Source: Chlorokybus atmophyticus (lineage: Eukaryota > Plantae > Mesostigma and Chlorokybus algae). Taken from it: a stretch of DNA of 64,000 bases. Shown piece by piece: positions 46,274-58,900 of this stretch; the first letter of the stretch is position 1, and each line of letters begins with the position of its first letter. The stretch spans positions 176,029 to 240,028 of the forward strand of contig RHPI01003079.1 of the NCBI GenBank assembly GCA_009103225.1. Direction: 5' to 3'. A program made the translations under genes and the position numbers. The notes below the pieces were generated by a model. That model saw only the letters and a list, made by a program, of their open reading frames with translations. It did not search any database and was not told where the DNA came from.

Positions 46274-48726
46274 CTCTGTCGTGCCTGCCTTTTCTTGCAG
46301 TTGACACCCAAGGCTCTGCTACTAACAAGCTACCGTAGTGTAGAACTACTAATGCACACAAGCTAGTCTCACACTCTTCAAGCGTAGTGTGGGCCCATAA
46401 CCCGTTGAAGGACTAGCATGCACATGTAGTTGAGGCAAGCATAGACACACAGAGACAGAGCTACCGCCACCAGAGCATACACAAGTCACATCACATTCAT
46501 CTATTACAAGTTGTCCGCTGGTTCTTATACCAGCCAGTTACACACACGTCTACGTTTGCAAGCACTGCGTAAGCTATACTCAGCCTTTTAACGCGCTCTA
46601 AGCTGCGTTGTCTTTCTTACAACCAGAGCATTCCAACAAGCTCTTACACGTCTAGTATGAGTAAGTATACGCGGAGATACAAAGCAGTTAGCAAGGCTCC
46701 AGTCTGGAGTCCGGAGTCTGGTCCAACGACGCCATCTTGCTAAGTCCGGACCTAGTGCTCGTCCTTACGACCTTCTACTCCTGTGTGGAGGGTCGATGCT
46801 GATCGTATGTAGGAATGACTCTCAACAGCGATCACGCAGAAAGCCAAGAGTGCAACCCGTGCATACACGAAACGTATGAGGGAAAAGGTTAGTAGTGAGA
46901 GTGCCTGCTGATGTGCAAGATATTCATAACGTAAGCGCTGTACGCAGATTCAGCTGCTCAAAGCTTTGGCAAAGCAAGGAGCCAACGAGTCCGCTTGCAC
47001 TGCGCAATACTCACCCATACCCTCTGCTCTGTTCACCGACGATGGGTTGATGAGAAAGGGCAACAAGTCGGCATTCTTGGCAGCACTTGTGCGTGCAGCT
47101 GAAGGTGCTGAGCGCCGCAGCTTCCCCCCTGGCGGCGAGTGCCTGATCTTGGAGGTGCATGTTCTTGATCAACAAGAACCCTCTCCCTCATGTCGGCACT
47201 ATACGTGAATATCTGGACCAGTTGCTCAAGACCTGCATCGTCCCTCGTCTACATAACCCGACACTACAGGCCCTGCATGTTGTCTTTGACGATCCTAAGC
47301 ATTCCACAGCAGTCAAGGCTGCATTGCAGGCGACCCGAGATGCAGGCTGTCAGAGGAGCAGCACAACTCTGGAACTCACCTCAGAAGTGCCAAAGGCATG
47401 GCGAAATCTGCTTGCTGATCGCAACCTGAAGCGGCGGCTATGCCACCTCTTTACTGCAGCCATCCCAGCGATGGCCGTCCCTCACATGCGTGAGGGACAA
47501 GAGGTCATCATTGCGGATGGTTCAGACACTGAGCCATGGGCGCATGCTGCGCGCAGAGTCCGCAGCGTGGATGGAAAGGCAGTCTACGACACTATGGACA
47601 CATACAGATGCAACCATGCCGAGGCCGACTCAAGAGTGTGGTACCATGCCAAGACGTGTGAGCAGAAGACACTCCTGATCTACTCACCCGACACGGATGT
47701 GTCGATCATAGGGCTGGCAGCTCTCGAGATGTGGGGCGAGGGTGACAAACAAGTGCATGTGCAGCTCAGCAGCAACGGGAGTGCCTCAACCAGAGCGCCC
47801 TTCATCAGCCTCAACGTGGTGTATCGTCACATGCAGAACATGGCACATGTACGTTACACAGCAAGAAACCAAGTGGCGCTGCAAGTCCTCATATTTTACG
47901 CGGTCACCGGGTGTGATTACACCAGCTACACAAGCGGCATTACCAAATTGTTCTACTGGCAACATGCCATGGGGAGGCAGCCAGAGTTCATATCGCCCGG
48001 TGGGCAACTCACTCGAGACAAAATGGTGCCCATGTTGCTGCGCTTGATTGGGTGCGCCTACTTTCACAAACACAAATCATCCTTCAGTCCCACCACATCT
48101 GCATCAGCTCTGTTCTACGACCTGAACGGTACGCGCGCATGCAAGGATGACACGCCAGCGCTGGAGGCATGGCTCGCCCTCATCAGGAGCAGTGCCTGGC
48201 CACACACGTGGGTCAACCTTGAGGACATGGCGTCTACTCAAGCGCTCACTTACCATTGCCAACGTAGCTTACGTTGGCAATGGTACGCCTGTGGGTTGTC
48301 GACATGTGGCTTCAGTGTTGCAGATCAGAAATGCAGCTGCCCAACCTTGCAGACAACGGTTTTGACGTGGTAGACGGCGTTGCTCACGCCATCATGGACA
48401 CCGCTGAGAACATGGCCGCTGCCAAGAGTCGCACCAACCAGCTGCTGCACGGATGCAGCTGCAAGAAGAATCAGTGCACCACCAAGATATGCAAATGCCG
48501 CAAGGAAGGCCAGCGCTGTTGCAGCAGGTGCTCATGCATAGGATGCACCAATTCAGCGGGCGGTCAGCCCACTCAAACACAACATCATGGTGCAGCACAG
48601 ACGGGCGCAGATGCACACAACAATCAGGCAGACGACCCTAGGTATGACTTACCAGCCAGCTCTGAATCTGACGACAGCGATGACGATGCCGACTGTAGTA
48701 ACTCGGAGGATGATCTGACGGATGCA

Positions 48727-49176
48727 TGTTGAAGGTATTACATGGGTGATGCTTGTATCCGGTCAGCTTGCCCTTCATACAGGAGTCGAGGGTCGAAGGT
48801 ACCAGGAAGAAGCGCGTGGACTTCAGACTTAGCAAGACGGTCGAGTCATGACGGAGCAGGCTGCTTGGTAGATCCTTGGGAGAAATCGCGTAGCTTCGTG
48901 GATACGTAAGCTTAGCAGGCGTGGCTTAGCTTGTTGGAAAGCTCTGGTTGTGAGCTAGACAGCGTGGCTTACAGAACAGCAATCGGCTGAGTATAGCGCA
49001 CGCGGTGCTTGCCAATGTAGACGTGTGTAGAGACTGGAGGGGTATAAAGCCCAGACTTGTTGCAATGAAGATGAGAGGTCACGATGTAGCATGTGTGCGG
49101 ATGCTATGGCGGCAGTAGTAGTCATGCTCTTGTGTTAATGTTGTTGGCGTGTCGCTTGCACGTGTGTATGTCAACA
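48727..49176 (+). mobile_element. Solo LTR (family L3) inserted in the acidic tail of A1 gene 1
   Basis: Near-identical to 44396-44852; ATGCA TSD; the reading frame resumes in frame when it is removed. Confidence 0.95.
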
Positions 49177-49284
49177 ATGCATGCTCTGACAAGGAAGGCG
49201 ATGAGGCCAACATTGTGGACGACAACAATATGGCTGATTGGTTGGACATAATCGAAGACTTGACTGTTCCTGAGGAGTAAAGCC

Positions 49285-51353
49285 ATGAACAGCCCATGCC
49301 ACGACTGCATGCGTCACCTGCTGGCATTCAAGCACTGGCGCCCTCTTACTCCAGTCCGCCGCCGCCTTCGCCGCCGCCGCCCCTACCGCCGCCTGCAGCT
49401 GACATCTCGGACTATCAGAATGCACAAGTCCGGGAAGTGTAGTGTCAACCCGCGCATTATTAGGGTTGCGCTCGTAAAGTTAGGGCGGCGATAGGCCGCT
49501 GGTGCTCTTCTCTGTGTGTGCTCGGCTGGCATTATTTACTGCATGCAATGGCAGGTGGTGCACAGCCACGGCGCGCATCGGTCTGCGAAGTATGCAGGTC
49601 TTTCGTGGTGAACAACGGCCAGCGTGCACGTCTGGAGCAACATCAGAGGCAATGCAGCCAGTATGAGGTGATGTTCAGCTTCATCGCCTCATGCTGGCAT
49701 CACCATTGTCAGGGGATGCATGTGCTTGAGTGCCGTGGCAAGCACAAGTGCACCTTGCCCAAGTTCTTCCAGCCTCAGTGCTTTTGCCCTGCATGCGCAC
49801 GCTCTCCATTTGAGTGGCATGGGCTGCCCATGCGGTACATGCCGTATGCCTACCCGGGCACCATTGCAAATGGCCAAGCTTTCACGCTACTCAACGTAAG
49901 TGCAGCGCGTGCCATGCTGCATGATTGCACAGTCAAGGTTGGAGCTGTTGCATGAATGCACAGCCCTACACTCTCTCACGTGCGGCGTCGCAGAGGCAGC
50001 TTGCGCGTTGCGGACGCGGCCGAGTTGACGGCACAGATGCGTTTGCGCTGGAGACAGACACCCAGCACACACTCACAGTGGAGGTCAGTGTGCGTGCTTG
50101 CAACCTGCTGTGCTGTGTACTGCTCAGCGTGTATTGCATAGCACACACTCACAGCGCGCACTGAGAGCATGGTTGCCCTAGCAGAGCGTGCGCGTCAACT
50201 GCGTGCAAGACGCGTACAGACGGCGTTGCAGCACAGGTGGGTCTGCACTAGTGGGCTGCGACGTCCAAGTGTACTGGCCTGCCGACAAGGCTTGGTATCC
50301 AGGACACATATACAAGTACAATACTACACAAGGTGATTCAAAACACCACACTATTTACCCTATGACCAGCCCGGGTGGAGGGTCTAACTTGTGCATGCTC
50401 ACGCACACAGGACGTCACAGCGTGCGCTTCGTAGATGGCGATACCCAGCATCTCCAGATCGACAAGCACAACGTTGTCGTCTGCCTCAGCTCACAAGGAC
50501 ATCACTATTGCATTCGTGTCGGCGGTTGCAGAGTCCCTACCACCCGGAAGGCCATACCTCCTTTGCCTTGTCTCCCACATTGGTCAGGAGCCCCCCCTAT
50601 GCTCTTGACACACACGCCGCAACTCCCCAACGGGGCGCCGCATCGCCCCAAGTTGCTGGACTTGTTCTGCGGAGGGGGAGGCGCCAGCATGGGCTTGTAC
50701 CGCGCCGGCTTTGACGTCACTGGTGTGGATATACATGCCCAGCCAGAATACCCCTTCCACTTAATCCATGCCGAGCGCTGACAGTCGACCTGGTTGAGTA
50801 CGATGTGATCTGGGCAAGTCCCCCCTGCAAAGCCTTTGCGCGCTGCATACCCGACACACAACGGCGCAAGCACTCTGACAAATGGCAGCACAGCACGGTG
50901 CTACATGACATCAGACAGAAGTTACACGAGTCCGGCAAGCATTACATCTTGGAGAACATCCCCGACGCGTCCATACACATGCGTGCCGACATGGTCCTGT
51001 GCGGCACTATGTTCTCGCTCTCTACATTTCAACACAGAGTGTTCGAGTCCAGCCCGCCTTTGTCTGTTGACAAGGTTTGTGACCATGCATTACACAGTCT
51101 GGATGCGTTGTCTTGACACCGCACTGCACACACCAACGCGCAGCAGCCCCTACAGCACCAGATGTATCCGATCTATGGGCAAGCGGCTTCACGCGGGACT
51201 GTAGCAGGGTGGCAGAAAGCGATGGGCATCGATTGGATCCATGCAGAGTCTACTCTGGTAGAGTGCATACCCCCGGCCTACTCTGAGTACATAGGCCGCC
51301 AGATGTTGAAGGCGCTAGGGTACACTCTGCACGATTCATCTCTGTCGTGGTGA
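49285..51353 (+). pseudogene. A1 gene 2: Pro-rich leader, Cys/His domain, Tudor domain, C5 DNA methyltransferase; start approximate
   Basis: Tudor VQVYWPADKAWYPGHIYKY|RHSVRFVDGD (intron 50333-50410); DNMT LLDLFCGGGG, IWASPPCK, YILENIP, LCGTMF, FQHRVFE, AMGIDW, ECIPPAYSEYIG; 1-bp frameshift near 50774 and TGA at 51114-51116. Confidence 0.9.
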
Positions 51354-51499
51354 TCCACTGCATTGTGGTTCATGCACTTATTGGTCTTAATCTTGCACAC
51401 ACATTGATAGCGCTGCAGTTGTTTAAAGTCACAATCTCGCTATATGACCTAGTGCGATGAAGACACGAGTCGACCAACGCATTTTGCATCTTCAACAGA

Positions 51500-52200
51500 T
51501 ACAATCTGCAACAGCACACACCATCACCCATTCACAATCTGTACACGTCCCCACATGCACTGCAGCCTCCTGAATTGTGGCATTTTCCAGTTCTCACCAT
51601 GCACAAGATCATTTACAACACCCAGGCCGCTGATACAATTCCAGCACAATGGCAAGTGGTCCAAGAGCCAGTGCACGTGCTGTAACTGCACCACTTTGTG
51701 TAATTTGCATTGCGCATGACAGCATGCATGGTTCAAGCTCTGCAAAAGCATTGCATTGCACACGCAAGTGTTCAAACTGCGCATGACCAATACACACACA
51801 GGCAAGGGTTCAAGGAGCCAGCTTACATGCTGCAACTGCACATGCATTGCATTACTTGGCATAGCGCATCCCAATATGCACTTGCAAGCTCTGCACAAGT
51901 CCGGCATTGCACACACCGCTGCCAAGAGCCAGGTGCACAGGGTCATAACTTCAAGCCTCGCAGTGGGACCTGCTGGTAGCGTAGAGCGCCGAGGTCGACA
52001 CGACCGATCCATCTAGGCTCAATCACACGACCCACTTGAAACAAGGCGAATTGCAATGCCGTCGGCATGGGCAACGCTGCCTGGGCAAGCGGCAGCGCCG
52101 ATGGCGGCGGCGGTCCATCTGCAGCGCTCACATCAGACGCACCATCGATAACAGGGACCGCAAGACTGCAATTAGAAGAATCCCCCGCAGACATAGCGCC
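51500..52200 (-). other. Possible third, convergent A1 gene remnant of unknown function
   Basis: ORF 52194-51943 plus exon-like pieces; same relative position as a minus-strand ORF cluster in A2; includes an imperfect about 150-bp tandem repeat at 51650-51940. Confidence 0.3.
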
Positions 52201-52919
52201 AAGAAGCTTACTCTCTCTTTCTGGTCCAACCCGCCGCCGCCGCCAACAACCACACCGCCCTGCTCATCCACCTCGCTGCCCCGCCCACACTCTTTAAGTC
52301 GTGCATGGTCGCGCCCAAACCACGAACTGTGACGAGGGTTCGTCGTGCCAAGACTCGCCGACATAACGCGACACCTTCCGCCACCCAGAACGCGGACTTC
52401 CAACGAAAGATGTCGACCTTGTGAGACTCTCAGCCGATCCCCACAACCACCGGCCTGCAATGTCCGGGCGTTTCACGGCAAGGTCGCTGGACAAGCCACA
52501 CCCAGTCAGAAAGCCAGAGGCCTTCCCTATGGCAGATTGCAGGAAATGGTTGGTCGAGATGGATGCTCGCGTCGTATGTAGGCCATGAGTAACGTGTGAG
52601 CATGGGTGAACTGGGGTAATCGACAGCCGTGGTCTCTGTAAGTTTATCGTTGATTGTCGGCGGTGTTGGTAAGGTGAACAGCGTAAGTTAACGACCGTTT
52701 ATGAGCGGTGTTGCATCAACGATCGACTGTGTGCGTTGTTGGTTGTCGTTTGCGGTCGCCGTTGCTCACGGCAAAGTATATCACTGTCGTCGATGCGGAG
52801 GCGCCGGTGTACCCTGATATCAGCTTATGCCAACGGTGGTAGTATTCGAATTTGCAAGTGCAGATGAGGCGGGGTGTTTGCAGTGTTGGCTGGGCTGTGT
52901 GTTGTGGGCGGTGGCGTCG

Positions 52920-55900
52920 ATGGCGGATGATGCTAGTCTAGCGTCGCTTTTTGAGGAGCAACGACAGAAGCTCGAGTTGATAGAGGCGGCGAGGAAGGGT
53001 CGCAATACAAGCCAGCGTGACTATGCCAGGCGTCGCCGTGAGGAAGATAAGAATTACATTCAGCAGCTGAAGGAAGAGTGTGGGCTGGTAAAGTCTTGGA
53101 TGCACGCAACTGGCGTGTTTCTGCATGCATTGACATGTGGGAAGACTTGGAGATGGCAAGGAGATAACCTTGTTTTGGTTCAGGTGCGTGTGGAGGGTGC
53201 TTCGTGTGTTCATGCGTGTGTATTGTGTGTATCGTGCATTGTCTCCACCTGTGACTGCGGTTTGATATGGCAGCTGATATGGACGAGAAGTGTTATGTGC
53301 TCGACATACTGACTTTGATGTATTGTGTGAGCAGGATACCTTGCCGACGCTTGGTGGTGCACCTCTTGGACTATGTGCGCAGGTGAGGTGCGGTTGCATG
53401 CTGCATGCTGCGTAGCACTGTAGTTGGCTGCAAACCCGTGCTCAATGGTGCATGTTGCAGGAGAATGATGTTGAATTGGCTCTGTCGTCGTCCGATGAGG
53501 AGGAAGATCAGGAGAACATCCATCAAGTACTTTCGCAGCGTAAGAAGCAGAAGCAGCATCATACGCCTCATCAGCAGCAAGTGCCACCAGCCTCTGCACT
53601 GCACCAGACACCGCATGGCAATGTGCGCCATGATTTGAATGGCAACCGTGTCGTGTTGGGACCGGCCATGTCTCGGTTGAACACAGCGAGAGGCGTACCT
53701 AAAACGCCCAAGACACCACTTGGCACCTTGCCAGGTGGGCGCTTAGCTTAGCCTGATTTGCTTTGCTAGGCGGTACCCTGAAAGACTATGAATCATGTGT
53801 AGTAGATGAGACGATGTTGTATACCTATTGCCTAAATGTGGATTTGAGAACTAGTTTCCACAGCTTGATGCATGTGTGTTGTGTGCCGACCAGGTTCGTC
53901 GTGCCAGCGTGCATGCGGATGATGCGTACAGGCAGACCCGTGTGTTCAGCCAGCTGGAGGTATAATGGGAGTGGGGGGCACGCAAACAAGTAAACATGCT
54001 GTGTAGTTGATCCTTCAATGCACAGTCATCTTGTCAGCAGCTTGTGCTAGGTTCGATGTATTGGCGTTCGATGTAGAAAATGGGGATGTGGTCTGTAAAT
54101 TTGCCAGGTATCCATACTCAAGTCACCATGTGGAATGGCAGAGTGGTATGAACGGGTGTCATTATAGTCTACATCACTATGTATGTAAGCACTTTTTCAA
54201 CGAGTCGGCAGATTGCGAAATAGGGGACTACAGCCATATGATAATATATGCTCTGAGCGCCCAACCACTGTGTCTATGCAGTCAGCGACTTTACAAGTTC
54301 AGAGTTTGAGGGCAGAGATGGCTTCAGTCAAGCAGGGGAGAGATCGTGTACAACGCGACTTGGATGCGGCGCTGGAGAGGCTGCGTGTCATGGAATCAAG
54401 CGGCAGCTCCAACACCAACAATGCCTTGCAGAATGCCTTGCTGGAGGTTCTGCAGTTGCGCACACAATGCGAGGTTGGTGTTGCCTAATCCTGTTTGTAT
54501 GATGTATGTGGTGTATGTTTGGGTTTGACTTACCTCTGGCTTGCATGGTGTAGAACTTGCGAGATCAGCTCACACGGAATGTATGTCAAGATGACCAACG
54601 TCGCGCAGAGTCTGCACGGGCTGTTGGGGAACTGGAAGAGGAGTTGGATGCAATGACCCTGCATGCCGAGGTGAGTGGGTGCACAACCTTGCATGCAATA
54701 TTATATTGACTATCAGAGGCCTCTATGTCCAGAAGTCGAACATATCACCAGGTGTTAGAGACCAGGGTGGGCGAGGAAGCGGACGCTTATAACGCTGAGA
54801 GGAGACACTGGCTGCAGGTGGAGTGCAATCTGTCAGGATACCGTGGCAAGTTAGTGGAGCTGGAGGACGTGATCGCTAGTCTACGTGAGACTGTGCGCAC
54901 AAACAGGGCGTGCCATCCATCGCAGCACGATGCACGTGTGGCGGACGAGGTGCGCCAGCTCTATGAGGACGATGTGCAGCGAGCAGCCAATGAGGACTGT
55001 CACGAATCTTTGGCATGCGCGGTGAGAGATGTTGCCTCCCAGTTGCTGCCGAGGGGTGCCGTTGTATTCCTGACTGCAGTAGCAGTCAAGTACAATATTA
55101 CACCTGCGCGTGTACTGCTGCGTGCTGTGAACCAGCGCTTACCGGGAGCGGGTGTGGTAGTGACCGGCGCCAGGCAACAGGGTACACTAATGATTGCTGC
55201 TTGGGCCGATCCTTTGGCATGCCTGTTGCGCCATGGGATGAGGGTTACTGAGGTGCCTGCCAGCACACAGCCAACTCGTACGGGTACCAGCGCGGTTGAT
55301 GGCGACCAACTGCCTGCTGCTGTACTTCGTCACCTGAACAGGGTTATGGAGGCGGAGAGGCAACGGCATGTCGAGCGCAACAGACAGGAGCCTGATCTGC
55401 GCTGCGTGAATTGGCAAGAGGAGTGGGAGAAATAATGAAATGAAATGAAATGAAATGCGGACCTGTAGTGCGACAGTTGTTTGGCACACTGACTGGCTAC
55501 AGTCAGATGGAGCGATTGCCATCTCCTGGTCCCGAACGGGCTCGTGCTTTAACAATCCTGCGCAATAAGACCGTGTTCCTGATGCACTGTGCATTGTATG
55601 CAAGGAGCAAGTTTGCATACTCTCTATTGCATCTGGCGGTCACGGACGAGGTGGACACACATTCTGAAGGGAACAAGTTAATCAGGACCCTCAACCGCCT
55701 GGGTGTGACAGTAAGCCGAAGCCACATCGATCGACACATACACACCAGGGCGCTTCACAATATGAACAGCATCGCTCGATTGCAGCCCCGACGTGGTATA
55801 CATGTGCTGGCATCGATTGATAATCTAAACATAAAGGCAGGCCACCAGGCACGCTACAAAGGCAGGAAAGCAGGAGACATCCATGCCACTTCAACTCAGC

Positions 55901-58900
55901 TTACCTCGACAGCCGCTCGGATGCCTCCAGAACAGCTGACTCTCGCAGGTGAGTTGTCAGCCCATGGTGATCAGGGAGACCAATTACTGCGAGTACAGGT
56001 CAGTCAAACCCGCATCTTGTGGGCAATCCATGTACTCATTGTTGGTGTTGTTGCAGCCATCGAGGAATCGCATGCTGGCAGAGTCACTGGTGGCTGAGCC
56101 GTGCGTCTACAATATGCCTCCTCCTGCGCCCATGCAGAGAGCACCAATTGTTGTGCGGAGTGACCCAATCTTGAATTTAATGCCTGAAGAGGTTGCGGCA
56201 CTGGAGAGTTCCAGAAATTGTTACACAATGCCGTGTTGATGCGCATGCAAGAGCCGGACCAAACAAGTTTGCCAACACTCAAGGAGGATTGGGCACGGTG
56301 GCTGCAACTGGCCACAGGCAGAAGCACTGAAGTTGCCAACGACATTGAATACCTGCTTGTGTTGCCTTTCTGCCCTGACAATATAGAGAACCTCAAGTTT
56401 GCGCTCTTGCAACTGCGCGCCAAGGTTGGCATCACGGATTCAACAAGCAAGATCTATGTTACTAGGAACCTGAAGACGTTTGCCCTGATGCAAGCACTAA
56501 AAAAGGCAGAGCCGGGCTACTGGGACTGGGTGGTGCCTTTCCCTGGCGATTTCCATGTCCTGATGAACATGCAGCCCGTTATTATGAAGATGGCCTGGGA
56601 CGCTGGTCTCGATGCTATGTCCTTGGAAGCCGGTTTTTCTGCAGCCATGGCACGCAATCATTTAGCAGACGGCTCTCATTGGAAGAAGATACACAATTTT
56701 CTGTGTAAAGTCTTGGAGGCACTGTACAGACATATGTTCAAGTTGTGGCAGCAGGCAGAAACCGCAGAAATCAAGAACTTGTGCAGAGCTGACCTGGAGG
56801 AGAACGGGATCAATGCCCCAAAGTCTGCTTCCTTCTTCCGCGAATGGTGCGAGGGTCAGTGCAAGACCGATCGTACCTGGCAGTTCTGGTGGAACTTCGT
56901 GAGCCGTGATATGCTGCATTACTTTCGGCTATTTTGTGGTGTTTCCCAGAAGATCTGGCATCTCCGACTGGCCAGCTGGAAGGGTCTGAGCCCGCTTCCA
57001 TTCGCCTGGGATCGCTACCATTATTAGAAAGTCATGACGCTGCATCTTGCAGACCTGCAGAGCATGCCGCGCTCTTTGCTGGATATGCTAGCCGAAGGTG
57101 GCTTTGCAGTCAGTCTAACAGGATCGGCTGGCAGACTGGTTGCTCTCGATGAAGCCCATGAGTGCCAGGTCAACAGAGATATGAAGATGTCACTGTGCAG
57201 GCCCACCACCGAGCAGCTCTGTCAGAAGTCATTGTACTTGGGGGAGCGCAGTCAAGCACACAAGCAACTAAAGCGTCAGCTACTGCTTGACAACAACCTG
57301 GTCAGCAACGAGCTGGATGATGACGCCGACGATGACCACGAGAGGGTAATGCGGACATTGGCTACCGACGCCGCCAGGTGTGGCAGCGATCTAACGCATC
57401 TTGTTGAGCTGCTGGAGGATACACAAGCCTTGGCAAGGCCACACGCGCTGCTCTTGACGCATCTTACCACCGGGATACCAGCGGCGGCTGCTGCTTCAGC
57501 AGATCTTGCGCAACACTACCAGGTTGGTGTTGAGGCCATGAAGTCGTTTGTGGAGGTTGACGTCTGCCGCGAGGCACCTGCGTGCAAAGTCAGTCGCAGA
57601 TTCAACTTGAAAACAATGGCACCTGCTAAGAAGCGCATGAGCAAACAGGCCACCGTGATCAAGCAGTACCGTCAAGAGATGTTGGTGGCCAAGCGCCTGG
57701 CTGCCAATGGTGCTAGTCAGGAGACCGTCACAGCAAGATACTGCGAGCATCCACGGGCGCTGTTTGAGGAGCTCACCGGCAAGATGCGGTCTAGCGACAA
57801 GGCCAAGTTGATGGCGCAGGTAGCTCCTCTCGACAACACATGCTGGAGCCGCATGTCCCCGCAGGGCGTGGAGTGCATCATCCTGGAAGGCATGTTCCTG
57901 ATTAATCAAGAATGCCACATGCTGCAAGGCACCATCAAGGACTATATCCAACACCTGATGCGCACCTGCGTGCTCAGCCGGCTCGCCAATCAGACCGTGC
58001 GCAGCGTGCAAGTTGTGTTTGACACTCCACGACTCCAAACGGGGGTCAAGTCTTCACTGCAATGCGCACGTGACGGTGCGGCGCAATCCTCTGGTGGTCG
58101 TCTAACTCTGGACACTTAGCTGCCGAGATTGTGGCGGGATGTGCTAAGAGATCGTAGCTTGAAGCGATCGCTGTGTGAACTGATAACAGAGCACATGCCC
58201 AACATGATTGCGGAGTACCTGCACCCCGACCAAGAGGTTGTATTCGCTGGCGGTTCAGATATAGACGAAGTTGGAGACCTTGCGCGTGTCGTGGCACGCG
58301 ATTCGGACAGCCCTGCACGCGTATATTTTGTAAACGACTATGTTTGTAACCATGGAGAAGCTGACTCTCGCGTCTGGGTGCATGCGCACAAATGCCCCTA
58401 CAACAACATCCTCATATACTCACCTGACCGATGTGACCATGATTGGCCTGGCGATCCCCGACGGGTGGGATGCAGTGTTGAAGGACGTCACAGTACAGGT
58501 GGCACATCACTCCAGTGGCTCCACTCGACCACCCTTCCTGCACTTGTCTACACTGGAACAACAAGTCAACAGCATGCACCAGGTGCAGAGCATCGCCACC
58601 GGGTTGCGTGGCTGGTGGCTTCTTCTGGTGTATGCAGAAACTGGTTGCGACTACACCTCATTCATTGGCGGCATCTCGAAACAGTTCATCTGGCGCAAGG
58701 TCCTGGCACAGCATGCAACATTCATCACCGGCAATGTTAGTGTAGTGGAACATGAGATGTGTTTCGCTATACTGCGCCTCATTGGGTGCTCTTACTTCGA
58801 GAAGTACAGGTCCAGCTTCCACAGCGGCACTCTTGCATCTCTGTACTTCGAGTTGCACGGGCCTGAATCAACCACCAGCGATAAGGGACGATTGGCAGAC

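Larger units (their letters stand above)
41453..46827 (-). mobile_element. C2: decayed Ty1/Copia related to C1
   Basis: 425-bp LTRs at 41453-41877 and 46403-46827 (about 11 substitutions by eye); PBS GGTTATGGGCCC at 46391-46402 (minus); flanks CAATG / GCGAT do not form a TSD. Confidence 0.95.
38366..49281 (+). pseudogene. A1 gene 1: N-terminal region, coiled coil, [DDE core missing at the C2 site], XPG/FEN1-like nuclease, Cys8 finger, acidic tail; start approximate
   Basis: HVVFDDP, CNHAEADSRVWYHA, IYSPDTDV, TGCDYTSYTSGITK (H3TH-like), CSCKKNQCTTKICKCRKEGQRCCSRCSCIGCTN; colinear with A2 gene 1; frameshifts near 47156 and about 48290. Confidence 0.85.

Noticed and set aside
47159-48732. XPG/FEN1 or tesmin/TSO1 host genes (also 58129-59446)
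   Set aside because: Both lie inside TIR/TSD-bounded elements, downstream of transposase-like sequence
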